DNA of 64,000 bases from Thermoanaerobaculia bacterium (GCA_049678185.1 JBAUDS010000444.1:7158-71157); one strand, 5' to 3'; counted from the stretch's first letter, positions 53,970-63,570 are shown. Notes: generated by a model from the letters alone, not told the origin. Made by a program: numbers and translations.

Positions 53970-56377
53970 CGCGTGGGATTCGGAGTCGCGGGAATCCCGA
54001 TGCGGCGAGTCAGCTCGGCGAAACGGGGATCGTCGCGGACGAGATCCCAGCTGGGCTCCTGGCGCATCAGCATGAGCTGTGGGATACGCTCGACGTAGGC
54101 TCGCTCCAGCCACTCGTAGGCGGCATCGGCCTCTCCGGCCCCCGCAAAGTAGAGGGCGACCTCGCGCGCATTGGACCGGCCCGACTCGACCCGAGTGGCC
54201 AACACCTCGGCGACTCGCTTCGCTCCTTCCCGCGGACCCGCCGCGGCATATCCCTCTTCGAGAGCGGTGAGCAGCTCGGGGTTGTCTTGCCAGCGTCGGC
54301 GGTACTCGGCCAACGACGCCTCGAAGTCACCTTTGAGCCAGAGGGCCCGAGCGAGAAAAATCCGCGCCGCAGGAAACCTTGGATCAATCTCCAGGAGTGT
54401 GTGGGCGCCGTCGATAGCCTCGTCATAGCGCCGCGCCAAGACGAGGTGGGCTACCACAGGTGAGTTGACGAGGGGGGAGAGGGGATCGGCCCGTGCCGCC
54501 CGCCGCAAGTACTCGACACCCTCGTCGGCTCTTCCCATCACCGTCAGGTAGTCGGCGTAGCCGTGGCAGGCGTACGGATCGTAGGGATTCAATGCGAGCG
54601 CCCGTTCGAAATCGCGGGCCGCACCGCTCCAGTCCCAATCGAAGTAGAGCCTTATCCAGCCGGACAGCGCATGACCGGTGAGGTTGTCGGGATCCAGCTC
54701 GAGAGCTTTTCGAGTGTTCTCTCGGGTCAGCGCCTCGTGCTGCCGGCGGTCGCCGATGCCAAAGCTTGCGATCAACAGGTGGCAGCCGGCTAACCGGGCG
54801 TAGGCTTCGGCAAAACCGGGCTGGATCTCGATGGCTCGATTGAAGAAGTCTACGGCCCGGAGGTAGCCGTCGGCAGTGAAGCGATTGAACGAGTGCTGAC
54901 CCTTGAGAAAAGCCTCGTGTGCCGCGGGATCGATCGTTCCCGTCGCGGCAAAGCGTCGCTCCTGCTCGGGTGTCAGGGTAGCCTGGATCTCGCCGGCGAT
55001 GGAGCGGGCTACCTCACTCAGCAGGATCAACACATTCTCAATCTGTCGATCGTAGCTATCGGCCCACAGATGCTCATCGGTGCGTCCATCGATCAATTGG
55101 GCGGTGACGCGAACCTCGCCACCCGAGCGCAAAACAGAGCCTTCGATCAGCGCGTCGACATTCAACTGCTGGGCGATCTCCGGCAGGCTCGCATCGCTGT
55201 CCTTGAACCGCATGGCCGAGGTGCGGGAGATGACGCGCAGGGATGTAATCTTCGCCAGGTCGGTGATCAGAGCCTCATGCAGTCCCTCGACAAAGTAGTC
55301 CTGGTCCGGATCGTTCATTAGATTCTCGAAGGGCAGGACCGCCAATGACTCCACACTCGGATGCCCGGCAGCCCCGGGTGGTGGGCTTCGACGTCCGGAT
55401 AACCAGTAGACACCAGCCAGAATGACGACCAGCGCCGCGGCGATCATCAAAGGAAGGCGCCAAGGTGCAAGAGGCGATTGCTGTGCCTCAGGCTCGACGG
55501 GCGGTCGAGCATCGAGGATGGCCCGGGTTTCGAGCTCCTTGGCGAGGTCCTGGAGCTCGTTGCGGACGTCCTTGGCCGACTCGTAGCGGCGCTCGGGGTC
55601 TTTTTCCAAGCACCGTCGAACGATGCGGCCGAGATGGTGAGGCAGCTCCTGCCGCAGGGCATCCACGGAGCTTGGAGGATCCCGCAAGATCGCGGAGATC
55701 AGATCGGCCGAGCTCTTGCCGCCAAAGGGGCGACCTCCCGTCGCGATCTCGTAGAGGACCACTCCCAGCGCGTACACATCCGTCCGTCGATCGGTCTCCT
55801 GGCCCTGCACTTGCTCGGGCGCCATGTAGGGGACCGTGCCGACAACCCGGCCCTCCTGCGTGATGCCCTCGGTCGCCAGTTGGGTTCCCGTCTTGTCTGC
55901 CGCGTCTGGCTTGAGCTTGGCGAGACCGAAGTCGAGCACCTTGACCTGACCCCTCGGCGTGACCATGACATTGCCGGGCTTCAGGTCGCGGTGCACGATT
56001 CCCTTATCGTGCGCCGCCGCCACGGCATCGGCCAGCGGAATCGCCACCTCGAAAATCCTTTCCAGAGTTATTCCTCCAGGTGGGATGAGGTCCGCCAGAG
56101 TCCGTCCTTCGACCAGCTGCATCGTGAGAAAGCGAATCCCGTCGTCCTCTTCGACCGAGTAGATGTGCACGATGTTCGGATGGTCCAAAGCAGCCAGTGT
56201 CTCTGCCTCCAACTGAAAGCGCTGCATCCTCTCCTGGCTGCCAACCATCCCCGGCGGCAGCACTTTCAGGGCAACCTGACGCTTGAGCTCGAGATCGTCG
56301 GCGCGGTAGACCTCGCCCATACCGCCTTCGCCCAGCTTGGCGAGCACGCGGTAGTGGGAAATGGTTCTGCCGATCAT
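53966..56377 (-). CDS. Hanks-type Ser/Thr protein kinase with TolB-N-like module and C-terminal TPR repeats (paralog of 2510..4657)
   Basis: Kinase motifs are GEGGMGEVY (Gly-rich glycine loop), VALK, HRDLKPGNVM, DFGLAK and PYMAPEQ. A TM segment follows (PLMIAAALVVILAGVYWL), then LPFENLMNDPDQDYFVEGLHEALI and TPR repeats. Confidence 0.85.
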   Translation of the reverse strand: MIGRTISHYRVLAKLGEGGMGEVYRADDLELKRQVALKVLPPGMVGSQERMQRFQLEAETLAALDHPNIVHIYSVEEDDGIRFLTMQLVEGRTLADLIPPGGITLERIFEVAIPLADAVAAAHDKGIVHRDLKPGNVMVTPRGQVKVLDFGLAKLKPDAADKTGTQLATEGITQEGRVVGTVPYMAPEQVQGQETDRRTDVYALGVVLYEIATGGRPFGGKSSADLISAILRDPPSSVDALRQELPHHLGRIVRRCLEKDPERRYESAKDVRNELQDLAKELETRAILDARPPVEPEAQQSPLAPWRLPLMIAAALVVILAGVYWLSGRRSPPPGAAGHPSVESLAVLPFENLMNDPDQDYFVEGLHEALITDLAKITSLRVISRTSAMRFKDSDASLPEIAQQLNVDALIEGSVLRSGGEVRVTAQLIDGRTDEHLWADSYDRQIENVLILLSEVARSIAGEIQATLTPEQERRFAATGTIDPAAHEAFLKGQHSFNRFTADGYLRAVDFFNRAIEIQPGFAEAYARLAGCHLLIASFGIGDRRQHEALTRENTRKALELDPDNLTGHALSGWIRLYFDWDWSGAARDFERALALNPYDPYACHGYADYLTVMGRADEGVEYLRRAARADPLSPLVNSPVVAHLVLARRYDEAIDGAHTLLEIDPRFPAARIFLARALWLKGDFEASLAEYRRRWQDNPELLTALEEGYAAAGPREGAKRVAEVLATRVESGRSNAREVALYFAGAGEADAAYEWLERAYVERIPQLMLMRQEPSWDLVRDDPRFAELTRRIGIPATPNPTR

Positions 56378-56445
56378 CGAGCAGCTCCCGGAAGAATCTG
56401 TGGATTCAGCCTAGATTGTAGCGCTCTTGGAGCTCGGCGACATGT

Positions 56446-57732
56446 TCAGAACGAGAAGATCGCCGACACTGAGAGGGTGTCGCGAAGATCGGAGAAATCG
56501 GCTCCGAGGTCGATCTGGAACCGCTCGAAGGCCGCTCCTATGCCGAAGGCGTAGTGGATCTCGTCGGAGCCTGGGGACAGGAACGCCCGAAACAGGTCGT
56601 CACCTTCGGTGGCCCGGATGCGATGGTCCGGGTCGAGCCAGAGGCCAAGCCGAAGAGCGATGACTGGGTGGCTGCGAAGAAAAGCGTACTCACCGCCCAG
56701 GTGGAGCTCGTCGCCGTCGGGGATCGTCTCGTTTGGATCTGGCTCGGTGATCACCGAGTAGAGGACGTGGTCCCACTCGAAGCTCACCGTCAGGTGGCCG
56801 CCCGGTGAGGTATAGGCACCGCCCAGGCCGAAGACCCACGGGAAGTCCCAGTCGCCGGTGAAGTTCCACTGCCACAGGTTCTCGGGCGTGCTCGCCGGGC
56901 CCGGCACGCCTATCCAGCGGACGGGGACTGAGAATCCCGAGCGCAGGGAGCCGCCCAGCCTCCAGCGCTCCGTCGCTCTCCAGAGCAGCCCCGCGTTGAG
57001 GCCCACGGTCGAGTCGTGCGCCCGGGTCGTGCTCCATCCCGGTGAGCGCTCCGGAAGATAGGAGTTGGTTGAGAAAAAGGCCTCGAGTGAGTCGTCGTCG
57101 GGCAGATAGGTCGTGGCCCCGATGTCGAGGTCGACTTGGAGATAGGTCAAGCCGAGACCGAGGCTCAGCGAGTCGGTGATGCGACGAGCGGCGGCGAAGC
57201 CCCAGCCGACCACCTCGAGATCGGTAAACCCCTGCTGGTCGAGCCGGCGATCGGTGTCGAGATAGGTCGAGCCCTCGGCGAAGAGCCCGTCGGTGGCGTA
57301 TGACGATGCAAACCGGGCCAGTTGGTGGCGATAGAACGCAAACGACCAGCGCTCCCGCGGATGGACATAGGAGAGATACGAGAGCCCGTTGAAGTCGGCC
57401 GTGGACTCTTCCCAGCGCAGGTCCGGCGTGGTGTCGATGCCGAGACCCGTGGGGGCTCCACTGGCGCGGCCTCCGGCGACAAAGGGAGTGGAATACCTCC
57501 AGGACCGCCCCTCGACCGAGATCTCCGGGCGGGTGAGCTGGACCAGGCCCGCCGGGTTGGCGTAGGCGGCGGTGGCGTCGTCGGCCAGGGCCACGAAGGC
57601 GCCCCCGACGCCAAGGCTCCTGGCGCCCGGGTTCGAGAAGCTGAACTCGAGGGTAAGGAGTCCCTGGGCAAAGGCGCTCGAGGCCAGCAGGAAAGTGGCC
57701 GGTAGGACCAGGAGGCGGAATCGAGCACTCAT
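56446..57732 (-). CDS. outer membrane transport protein, OmpP1/FadL/TodX family
   Basis: A signal peptide is followed by the FadL N-terminal block GVGGAFVALADDATAAYANPAGL, and the C-terminus ends in an aromatic residue (SAIFSF). Confidence 0.7.
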   Translation of the reverse strand: MSARFRLLVLPATFLLASSAFAQGLLTLEFSFSNPGARSLGVGGAFVALADDATAAYANPAGLVQLTRPEISVEGRSWRYSTPFVAGGRASGAPTGLGIDTTPDLRWEESTADFNGLSYLSYVHPRERWSFAFYRHQLARFASSYATDGLFAEGSTYLDTDRRLDQQGFTDLEVVGWGFAAARRITDSLSLGLGLTYLQVDLDIGATTYLPDDDSLEAFFSTNSYLPERSPGWSTTRAHDSTVGLNAGLLWRATERWRLGGSLRSGFSVPVRWIGVPGPASTPENLWQWNFTGDWDFPWVFGLGGAYTSPGGHLTVSFEWDHVLYSVITEPDPNETIPDGDELHLGGEYAFLRSHPVIALRLGLWLDPDHRIRATEGDDLFRAFLSPGSDEIHYAFGIGAAFERFQIDLGADFSDLRDTLSVSAIFSF

Positions 57733-57941
57733 GTCACCTGGGTATCAGATCGGCGCTACCGGCGGAATACCCGCCCGGGTAGGGCCGGGCGGGTGGCATC
57801 GGAGGCCCTGCCACCCAGCGCTATCTGGAAACGCGTCGAAAGGAAGGACCTGCCGCAGTCACGAGCGGTGGCGGGATGCCAAAGCGCCCGTTCCTCAGGT
57901 CCGGGCGCGACTGGAATGACCGAGATGCTCGACGACCGGAA

Positions 57942-58526
57942 TCAGGTCGGGCGACCAGTCGATTTGGAGGCCGCACCGATCTGCAGAGCGCGTAGCAGCT
58001 CCAGGGCCTGCTGGAATTGCTCGCGGGCGCGCGAGATGTACTTGTGGACCTCGTCGATGTAGCCGTCGGTGGAGGCCGACCAGCTGCGGTTGAGATAGCG
58101 CTCGCCGGTGGCGAAGTGGCTCATGACATCGGCGTAGGCCTGGAGGCCGTGGGCGTGGCCGATCGACTCGCGGGCCTGGACAAAGATGTCGAGGTCCTCC
58201 ATGAACATGTCGTCGATCTTGTGTCGTACCTCGTAGACGTCGAGAGACTCCTTTGCCGTATCGAGCCGGGCCGCTTTCTCGACGATGCGGTCGAGGCTCC
58301 CCTCCACCTTGCCGAGGTTGGCCTGCACCTCATCGGTGGCGGTCCGTTTGCTGCGGAAGTCCAATTGCACCAGCACCACGCCGATGAGTCCCACCACCAG
58401 ACAGGGTCCGACCATGTGCCAGGGAACGGTCTCGGTGTCCAACACCGAGAAGTAGGCGCCGGCGAGAAAGCCGCCCCAGATCAACAGAAGTCCAAGAGTT
58501 CTCATTCTTCGATCTCCTTTGGCCAT
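57942..58526 (-). CDS. membrane protein of unknown function (2 TM) downstream of the OPT transporter
   Basis: Two N-terminal TM helices precede a helical cytoplasmic domain. It lies 3 nt from the OPT stop. Confidence 0.45.
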   Translation of the reverse strand: MAKGDRRMRTLGLLLIWGGFLAGAYFSVLDTETVPWHMVGPCLVVGLIGVVLVQLDFRSKRTATDEVQANLGKVEGSLDRIVEKAARLDTAKESLDVYEVRHKIDDMFMEDLDIFVQARESIGHAHGLQAYADVMSHFATGERYLNRSWSASTDGYIDEVHKYISRAREQFQQALELLRALQIGAASKSTGRPT

Positions 58527-58528
58527 CT

Positions 58529-60277
58529 CTAACCGGCGCCGACGGCACCAAAGATCATGTAGAGGGCAAAGCCCACGCCCACCAGGGCTTCACCGACGAT
58601 GAGCCCTGCGGCTACCGGTATCCCGACCTCCTCGCTAAAACGCCGCCCCGGTTTCCGATCGGTCAGCACTCGGAGAATGGTGCCGATGGTGTAGGTCAGC
58701 ACGATGTTGAAGGGCAGATAGAAGCCCAGCCCGACGAGTATCCCCAGCCCGCCGATGCCGCTGGCGCTAAGGATGGCGCCCATGCCGGCCCCCGCCATGT
58801 ATTTCTGCACCGGCACGTCGCCGCCCAGAATGCCTTGAATCATGCTGGCCAGGGCCTGGCCCTGGGGCGCCGGCAGCCGCGGGGATCCCAGTTCGTAGGC
58901 TTTGTGGAGGATCAGAATCAGGGCCATGATCACCAACGGACCGAGCCAGGTGCCCAAGAACTGTGCGATCTGCTGCCGGCGGGGTATCGCCCCGACGAGA
59001 TAGCCGGTCTTTAGATCCATCATCAGATCGGTGGCCTGGGCCATGGCCACGCACATGGCGGCGCCGACGATGATCGAGGAGACGACGGTGGCTTGATCGC
59101 TCATACCACTCGCCACCAGCAGCAGGATGGTGATGCCGATCAGCGTCATCCCCGACAGCGGTGACCAATTGGTGCGGCCGATGCACTCGGAGAGCACTAC
59201 CCCGGCCATCCAGATCCAGAGCGTGCCCAAGAGCGCCATGAGCCCGCCTCGTACCCAGGTGACCTCGGAGGAGGAGAGGATGGCGGTCGCCATCAGCACC
59301 ACGAAAGCGGCGGCCACGGCCATGTAGAGCAGCCGGATGGGCATCTCGTCCCGCGACAGATCGCCCTTCATCTTGGAGGCGGTATGCATGCTGCGGATAG
59401 CGCTCACCACCAGAGGGAAGGCCAACAGGATTCCGGTCAGGGCTCCACCAATGAGCATGCCGATCCCCAGCGGCCGGAAGAGCACCAGCCGCAGATAGCC
59501 CGGCATCGAAGCCCCCATCTCGGCGAGCGTGGTGGGGTCGGGCAGCAGCCCCTGGACGGCGAGCATCGGCGCCAGGACCCAGTAGCAGATGTAGCCGCCG
59601 ATGACGAAGAAGACCCCACCGCGACCGGCGATGTAGGCAGCACCGATGGTCAACAGCGACACATACCAGACGCCGTTCATATAGTCGGGCATGCCGAGAC
59701 GAGCGCCCAATTCCAGATTCTCGACGTGGGTGAGCTGGCTGATCAGGTGGACGCCGGCGCTCAGCGCGGCACCACCCAGCAGCAATAGGGCCTTGCGCAC
59801 ACCGGCACCGGGAGATTTGAGGATGGTGGCCACTGCGATCCCACCGGGATAGGCCAGCCGGTTGAAGTCGATCATCTGTTTGCGCAGCGGAATGATGAAC
59901 GCGACGCCCAGCACCCCACCGGCGATGCAGGCGATGATCATCAGCGGGATGTTGAAGTCGGTGTAGCCGAGGATGAAGATGGCCGGCACCGAGAACATCA
60001 TCCCGGCCGAAGCGCCGTTGACGGCGCTGGCAATGGTCTGGTTGATGTTGTTCTCGATGATGCTGGTGCGGCGCATCAAGCCCCGCAGGATGCCAAAGCC
60101 GAGGATGGCCGCCAGCTCGGAGCCTTCGATGGTGAAGCCCAGGATGAGCGAGGCGTAGCCGATCGACAGGGCGATGAGCATCCCGAGAAAGTAGCCCACC
60201 AGGATGGCCGGCCAGGTGATCTCGGGGTACGGGCCGTAGCGGATCGGACGCGCGGTCTGAGCACCCTTATCTGTCAC
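58529..60277 (-). CDS. OPT family oligopeptide transporter
   Basis: It is a 582-aa polytopic protein, and the N-terminal blocks (NINQTIASAVNGASAGMMFSVPA) match the OPT superfamily. Confidence 0.85.
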   Translation of the reverse strand: MTDKGAQTARPIRYGPYPEITWPAILVGYFLGMLIALSIGYASLILGFTIEGSELAAILGFGILRGLMRRTSIIENNINQTIASAVNGASAGMMFSVPAIFILGYTDFNIPLMIIACIAGGVLGVAFIIPLRKQMIDFNRLAYPGGIAVATILKSPGAGVRKALLLLGGAALSAGVHLISQLTHVENLELGARLGMPDYMNGVWYVSLLTIGAAYIAGRGGVFFVIGGYICYWVLAPMLAVQGLLPDPTTLAEMGASMPGYLRLVLFRPLGIGMLIGGALTGILLAFPLVVSAIRSMHTASKMKGDLSRDEMPIRLLYMAVAAAFVVLMATAILSSSEVTWVRGGLMALLGTLWIWMAGVVLSECIGRTNWSPLSGMTLIGITILLLVASGMSDQATVVSSIIVGAAMCVAMAQATDLMMDLKTGYLVGAIPRRQQIAQFLGTWLGPLVIMALILILHKAYELGSPRLPAPQGQALASMIQGILGGDVPVQKYMAGAGMGAILSASGIGGLGILVGLGFYLPFNIVLTYTIGTILRVLTDRKPGRRFSEEVGIPVAAGLIVGEALVGVGFALYMIFGAVGAG

Positions 60278-60405
60278 TCACTTCCCTCCGGGTCGAAGTG
60301 ATTCAGCAGGCTGGAAGGCATCATTTTATCCCGATTCGGGACGGGAGGTGATCGGGGTGACCGGTTTCGCAGCCCAAAGGCGGCGCGGCTGCTAGCCTGA
60401 TTCGA

Positions 60406-62286
60406 ATGACTGCCAAGCGGATCGTGGCGTTCTGTCTGGCCTTCTTCTGGGTGTCGGGAGTGTGGTCTGCTCCTGTGTCGCAGGCCATCAAGCTCGATCA
60501 CTTTGGCTATCGAACCGCAGACACAAAGGTAGCGATCTTTACCATCGACCCCGGGCCGGTGGTCGAGCTTCGGGACACGGAAGATCTGACGGTGTTTCGG
60601 ATTCCCACCGATGGTGGCTCGATCAGCGATCTGGGGTCGGACGGAGCTCCGTCGGGTGACGACGTCTGGTGGGTGGACTTCTCGGCGTTCGATACTCCGG
60701 GCTCCTACCGTTTGTACAGCTCTGCTCTGGGTGCCGTCTCCTACGACTTCGACATCCGGGACGATATCTACAACGTGGTGGTGCGGAAGGCGCTCGACAC
60801 CTTCTATCTGCAGCGCTGCAATACACCAAAGGCAGCTGCCCTGGCGGGCGCCTGGGCGGACAGCGAGGCTTGCCACATGGATGACGTGACCACCGGCCCG
60901 GCATCCGGGCAGACAGATCATGGGAGTCTCGACCTCACGGGTGGCTGGCACGATGCCGGCGACTACAACAAGTATGTGTGGAGTGCGGTATCGACTGCCG
61001 TACTCTTCATGCTGCGGGCCTTCGAAGACAATCCGGGTGTCTTTGTGGATGGCGACCTGGTGATTCCCGAGGCGGGCAACGGCATCCCCGACCTACTCGA
61101 CGAGATCAAATGGGAGCTCGACTGGTTGCTCCAGATGCAGCTCCCCGGCGGCGAGGTGCTGTCTCAGATGCACGTCACCGGCTTCGCCGCCGACTCTCCA
61201 CCCAGCGTCGACGGCAATCTCCGCTACTACCAGGACCCCAACCTGGAGTCGGGTGCGGTTTTTGCCGGAACCTGCGCGTTGGCGGCGCGGGTGTTTGCGG
61301 CCGAGGGGCTGACAACCTATGCCGCGACGCTGCGGACCGCGGCCCTCTCGACCTGGGCATGGCTGGAGACGCAAGGCGACAGCGAGATCAAGGTCTGGGC
61401 GGCGGCCGAGATCTTTCGTCTCGATCCATCGGTGACCTCGGCCAGGTCCTACGTGGACAGCTTCTATTCGGCCGCGTGGTCCGGGATCTTCTTCAATGTC
61501 ATGCGCTACGACACCCACGCCGCCCTCACCTATGTCTCGACTCCGGGAGCCACTGCGGCAGTGGTGGCCAACATGAAGCAGAACATCGGCAACCAGGTGG
61601 ACTACATCTTCAACAGTGACGATCTCTACCGCAACGGCATGCCGTCGTGGTCCTACTACTGGGGCTCCAACTCGATTCGAGCCGGCTACGGTGTCTTTCT
61701 CCTACAGGCCGCGAGGCTGGGTGAGACCGGATCGCATACGGCGGCCGACTGCATCGAGCACGCCGCGGGATTCCTCCACTACTTCCACGGGCAGAACGCT
61801 TTGAACATGGTCTATCTGACCAACATGGCGGCTCTCGGCGGCGAGCACTCGTCGTTTCAGTTCTACCACGCCTGGTTTGGGGACTCGGAGAACGAGTATT
61901 CGCGTGACCGCTTTGTCGGCAAGCCACCGGCTGTCGTCGAGCCCGACTACCCCTACTTCAAGGGGACCGACAACCACGGCATCGGCGACAACAAGAGCTC
62001 GACGCTCGGACCGGCGCCCGGGTTTGTAACCGGAGGTCCCAACAAAGACTATGGCGGCGACGCCTGGCCGCCGCTGGGGGCGGTCTACTACAACCGTTTC
62101 TATCGGGATTGGAACGACCAGGAGGTGTGGACGGCCAGAACCTGGGAGATCACCGAGAACTCCATCGGCTACCAGGGTCCCTACGTCGCCCTCGGCGCCT
62201 ACTTCATGCAGCCCGGACCGAAGTCGATCTTCACCGACGGTTTCGAGTCGGGAGACACTAACGCCTGGTCGAACATCAGCCCGTAG
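60406..62286 (+). CDS. glycoside hydrolase family 9 endoglucanase with N-terminal Ig-like (CelD_N-type) domain
   Basis: A signal peptide is present. The GGWHDAGDYNKY motif holds the GH9 catalytic Asp pair, and C-terminal GH9 blocks include YYWGSNS. Confidence 0.85.
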   Translation: MTAKRIVAFCLAFFWVSGVWSAPVSQAIKLDHFGYRTADTKVAIFTIDPGPVVELRDTEDLTVFRIPTDGGSISDLGSDGAPSGDDVWWVDFSAFDTPGSYRLYSSALGAVSYDFDIRDDIYNVVVRKALDTFYLQRCNTPKAAALAGAWADSEACHMDDVTTGPASGQTDHGSLDLTGGWHDAGDYNKYVWSAVSTAVLFMLRAFEDNPGVFVDGDLVIPEAGNGIPDLLDEIKWELDWLLQMQLPGGEVLSQMHVTGFAADSPPSVDGNLRYYQDPNLESGAVFAGTCALAARVFAAEGLTTYAATLRTAALSTWAWLETQGDSEIKVWAAAEIFRLDPSVTSARSYVDSFYSAAWSGIFFNVMRYDTHAALTYVSTPGATAAVVANMKQNIGNQVDYIFNSDDLYRNGMPSWSYYWGSNSIRAGYGVFLLQAARLGETGSHTAADCIEHAAGFLHYFHGQNALNMVYLTNMAALGGEHSSFQFYHAWFGDSENEYSRDRFVGKPPAVVEPDYPYFKGTDNHGIGDNKSSTLGPAPGFVTGGPNKDYGGDAWPPLGAVYYNRFYRDWNDQEVWTARTWEITENSIGYQGPYVALGAYFMQPGPKSIFTDGFESGDTNAWSNISP

Positions 62287-62309
62287 CCCGAAGGCGCAGT
62301 CCGACTTAC

Positions 62310-62335
62310 GAAGCGGCCGGCCTCCGTGCCGGCCG
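62310..62335 (+). repeat. REP-like GC hairpin, copy 5
   Basis: The copy GAAGCGGCCGGCCTCCGTGCCGGCCG lies between the convergent GH9 and aminopeptidase stops. Confidence 0.6.
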
Positions 62336-62344
62336 AATGCGACG

Positions 62345-63463
62345 TCAGGCGGTCAGACGCTCCGGGTTGAGCTCCCGAAGCTCGTCGATAACAAACTCAC
62401 CATCCTTGCGAATGAGCTTGTCGTCGAACCAGATCTCCCCACCTCCGGCCTCCGGATCCATGAGCAGCACCAGGTCCCAGTGGATTTGACTACGGTTGCC
62501 GTTGTCGGCCTCTTCATAGGCCTGGCCTGGGGTGAGATGGATCGAGCCGGCGATCTTCTCGTCGAACAGGATGTCCTTCATCGGCCGTCGGATCTGGGGG
62601 TGGAAACCGATTGCGAACTCACCGACATAGCGCGAGCCCTCGTCGGTATCGAGCACCTTCTCCAGGTGCTCGGTTTGGGAGCTGGTGGCCTCGACCACCC
62701 GGCCATCCTTGAAGACCAGACGGATGTCCTCGTGGGTCACCCCCTGGTAGATGGTGGGGGTGTTGTACTGGATAGTGCCGTTGATCGAGTCGCGAACCGG
62801 GGCGGTAAAGACCTCGCCATCGGGGATGTTGCGATGACCGTCGCACTCGATGGCGGGGATGTCCTTGATGCTGAGCTCGAGCTCGGTGCCGGGGGCGACC
62901 AGCCGTACCCGGTCGGTGGCGTTCATCAGGTCCTGTAGCGGCTTCATCGCCTCCGACATGCGGGCGTAGTCGAGATTGCAGACCTCGAAGTAGAAATCCT
63001 CGAAGGCCGCGGTGGACATCTGAGCCAGCTGTGCCATCGAGGGATTGGGCCAGCGCAAAACCACCCATTTGGTCTTTGGCACCCGGATGTCGACATGGAC
63101 CTTTTTCCACACATTGGATTCGAAGAGCGCCATCCGGTCGGCCGGGACATCCGACCATTCCGAAACATTCTGGCTGCCGCGCACCCCGATGTAGGCATCC
63201 ATCTCCGCCATGCGCTTTGCCTCCACGTCGGCGATGAGACCCATCTGCTCCTCGGTGGCGACGAGTTGGAGGGCTCGCCAGACACTCTGATTCTTCAGTG
63301 TCACAAAGGGCAGAGCACCCGCCTCGGCCGCCACGCGGACGAGCTCGCAGGTAAAGGTGTTGGGGATATCGACGGCCTCGATCAGGACCTTCTCGCCCGG
63401 TTGGAGCTCGCACGAGTAGCGGATCAGGGTGTCGGCCAGTTTGGTGTGACGTGGATCGGTCAT
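62345..63463 (-). CDS. aminopeptidase, M29 family (AmpS/PepS-like)
   Basis: The N-terminus LADTLIRYSCELQPGEKVLI is typical of M29. The start was taken at the internal ATG (MTDPRHTKL). Confidence 0.8.
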   Translation of the reverse strand: MTDPRHTKLADTLIRYSCELQPGEKVLIEAVDIPNTFTCELVRVAAEAGALPFVTLKNQSVWRALQLVATEEQMGLIADVEAKRMAEMDAYIGVRGSQNVSEWSDVPADRMALFESNVWKKVHVDIRVPKTKWVVLRWPNPSMAQLAQMSTAAFEDFYFEVCNLDYARMSEAMKPLQDLMNATDRVRLVAPGTELELSIKDIPAIECDGHRNIPDGEVFTAPVRDSINGTIQYNTPTIYQGVTHEDIRLVFKDGRVVEATSSQTEHLEKVLDTDEGSRYVGEFAIGFHPQIRRPMKDILFDEKIAGSIHLTPGQAYEEADNGNRSQIHWDLVLLMDPEAGGGEIWFDDKLIRKDGEFVIDELRELNPERLTA

Positions 63464-63570
63464 GGTCGCCTCACATCGGTTGTCATGGTTGGAAAGTCGC
63501 TGTCGGAGCCGGCGAGAGTTTAGCAAGGAAGCACCCCTCCATTGCTGCTAAGCTTTTTGGCTTGGAGGTG

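Noticed and set aside
10100-62335. The GC hairpin repeats as a CRISPR array or tRNA fragments.
   Set aside because: The copies are dispersed over 52 kb with no regular spacing, and no cas genes are present. There is no cloverleaf potential.
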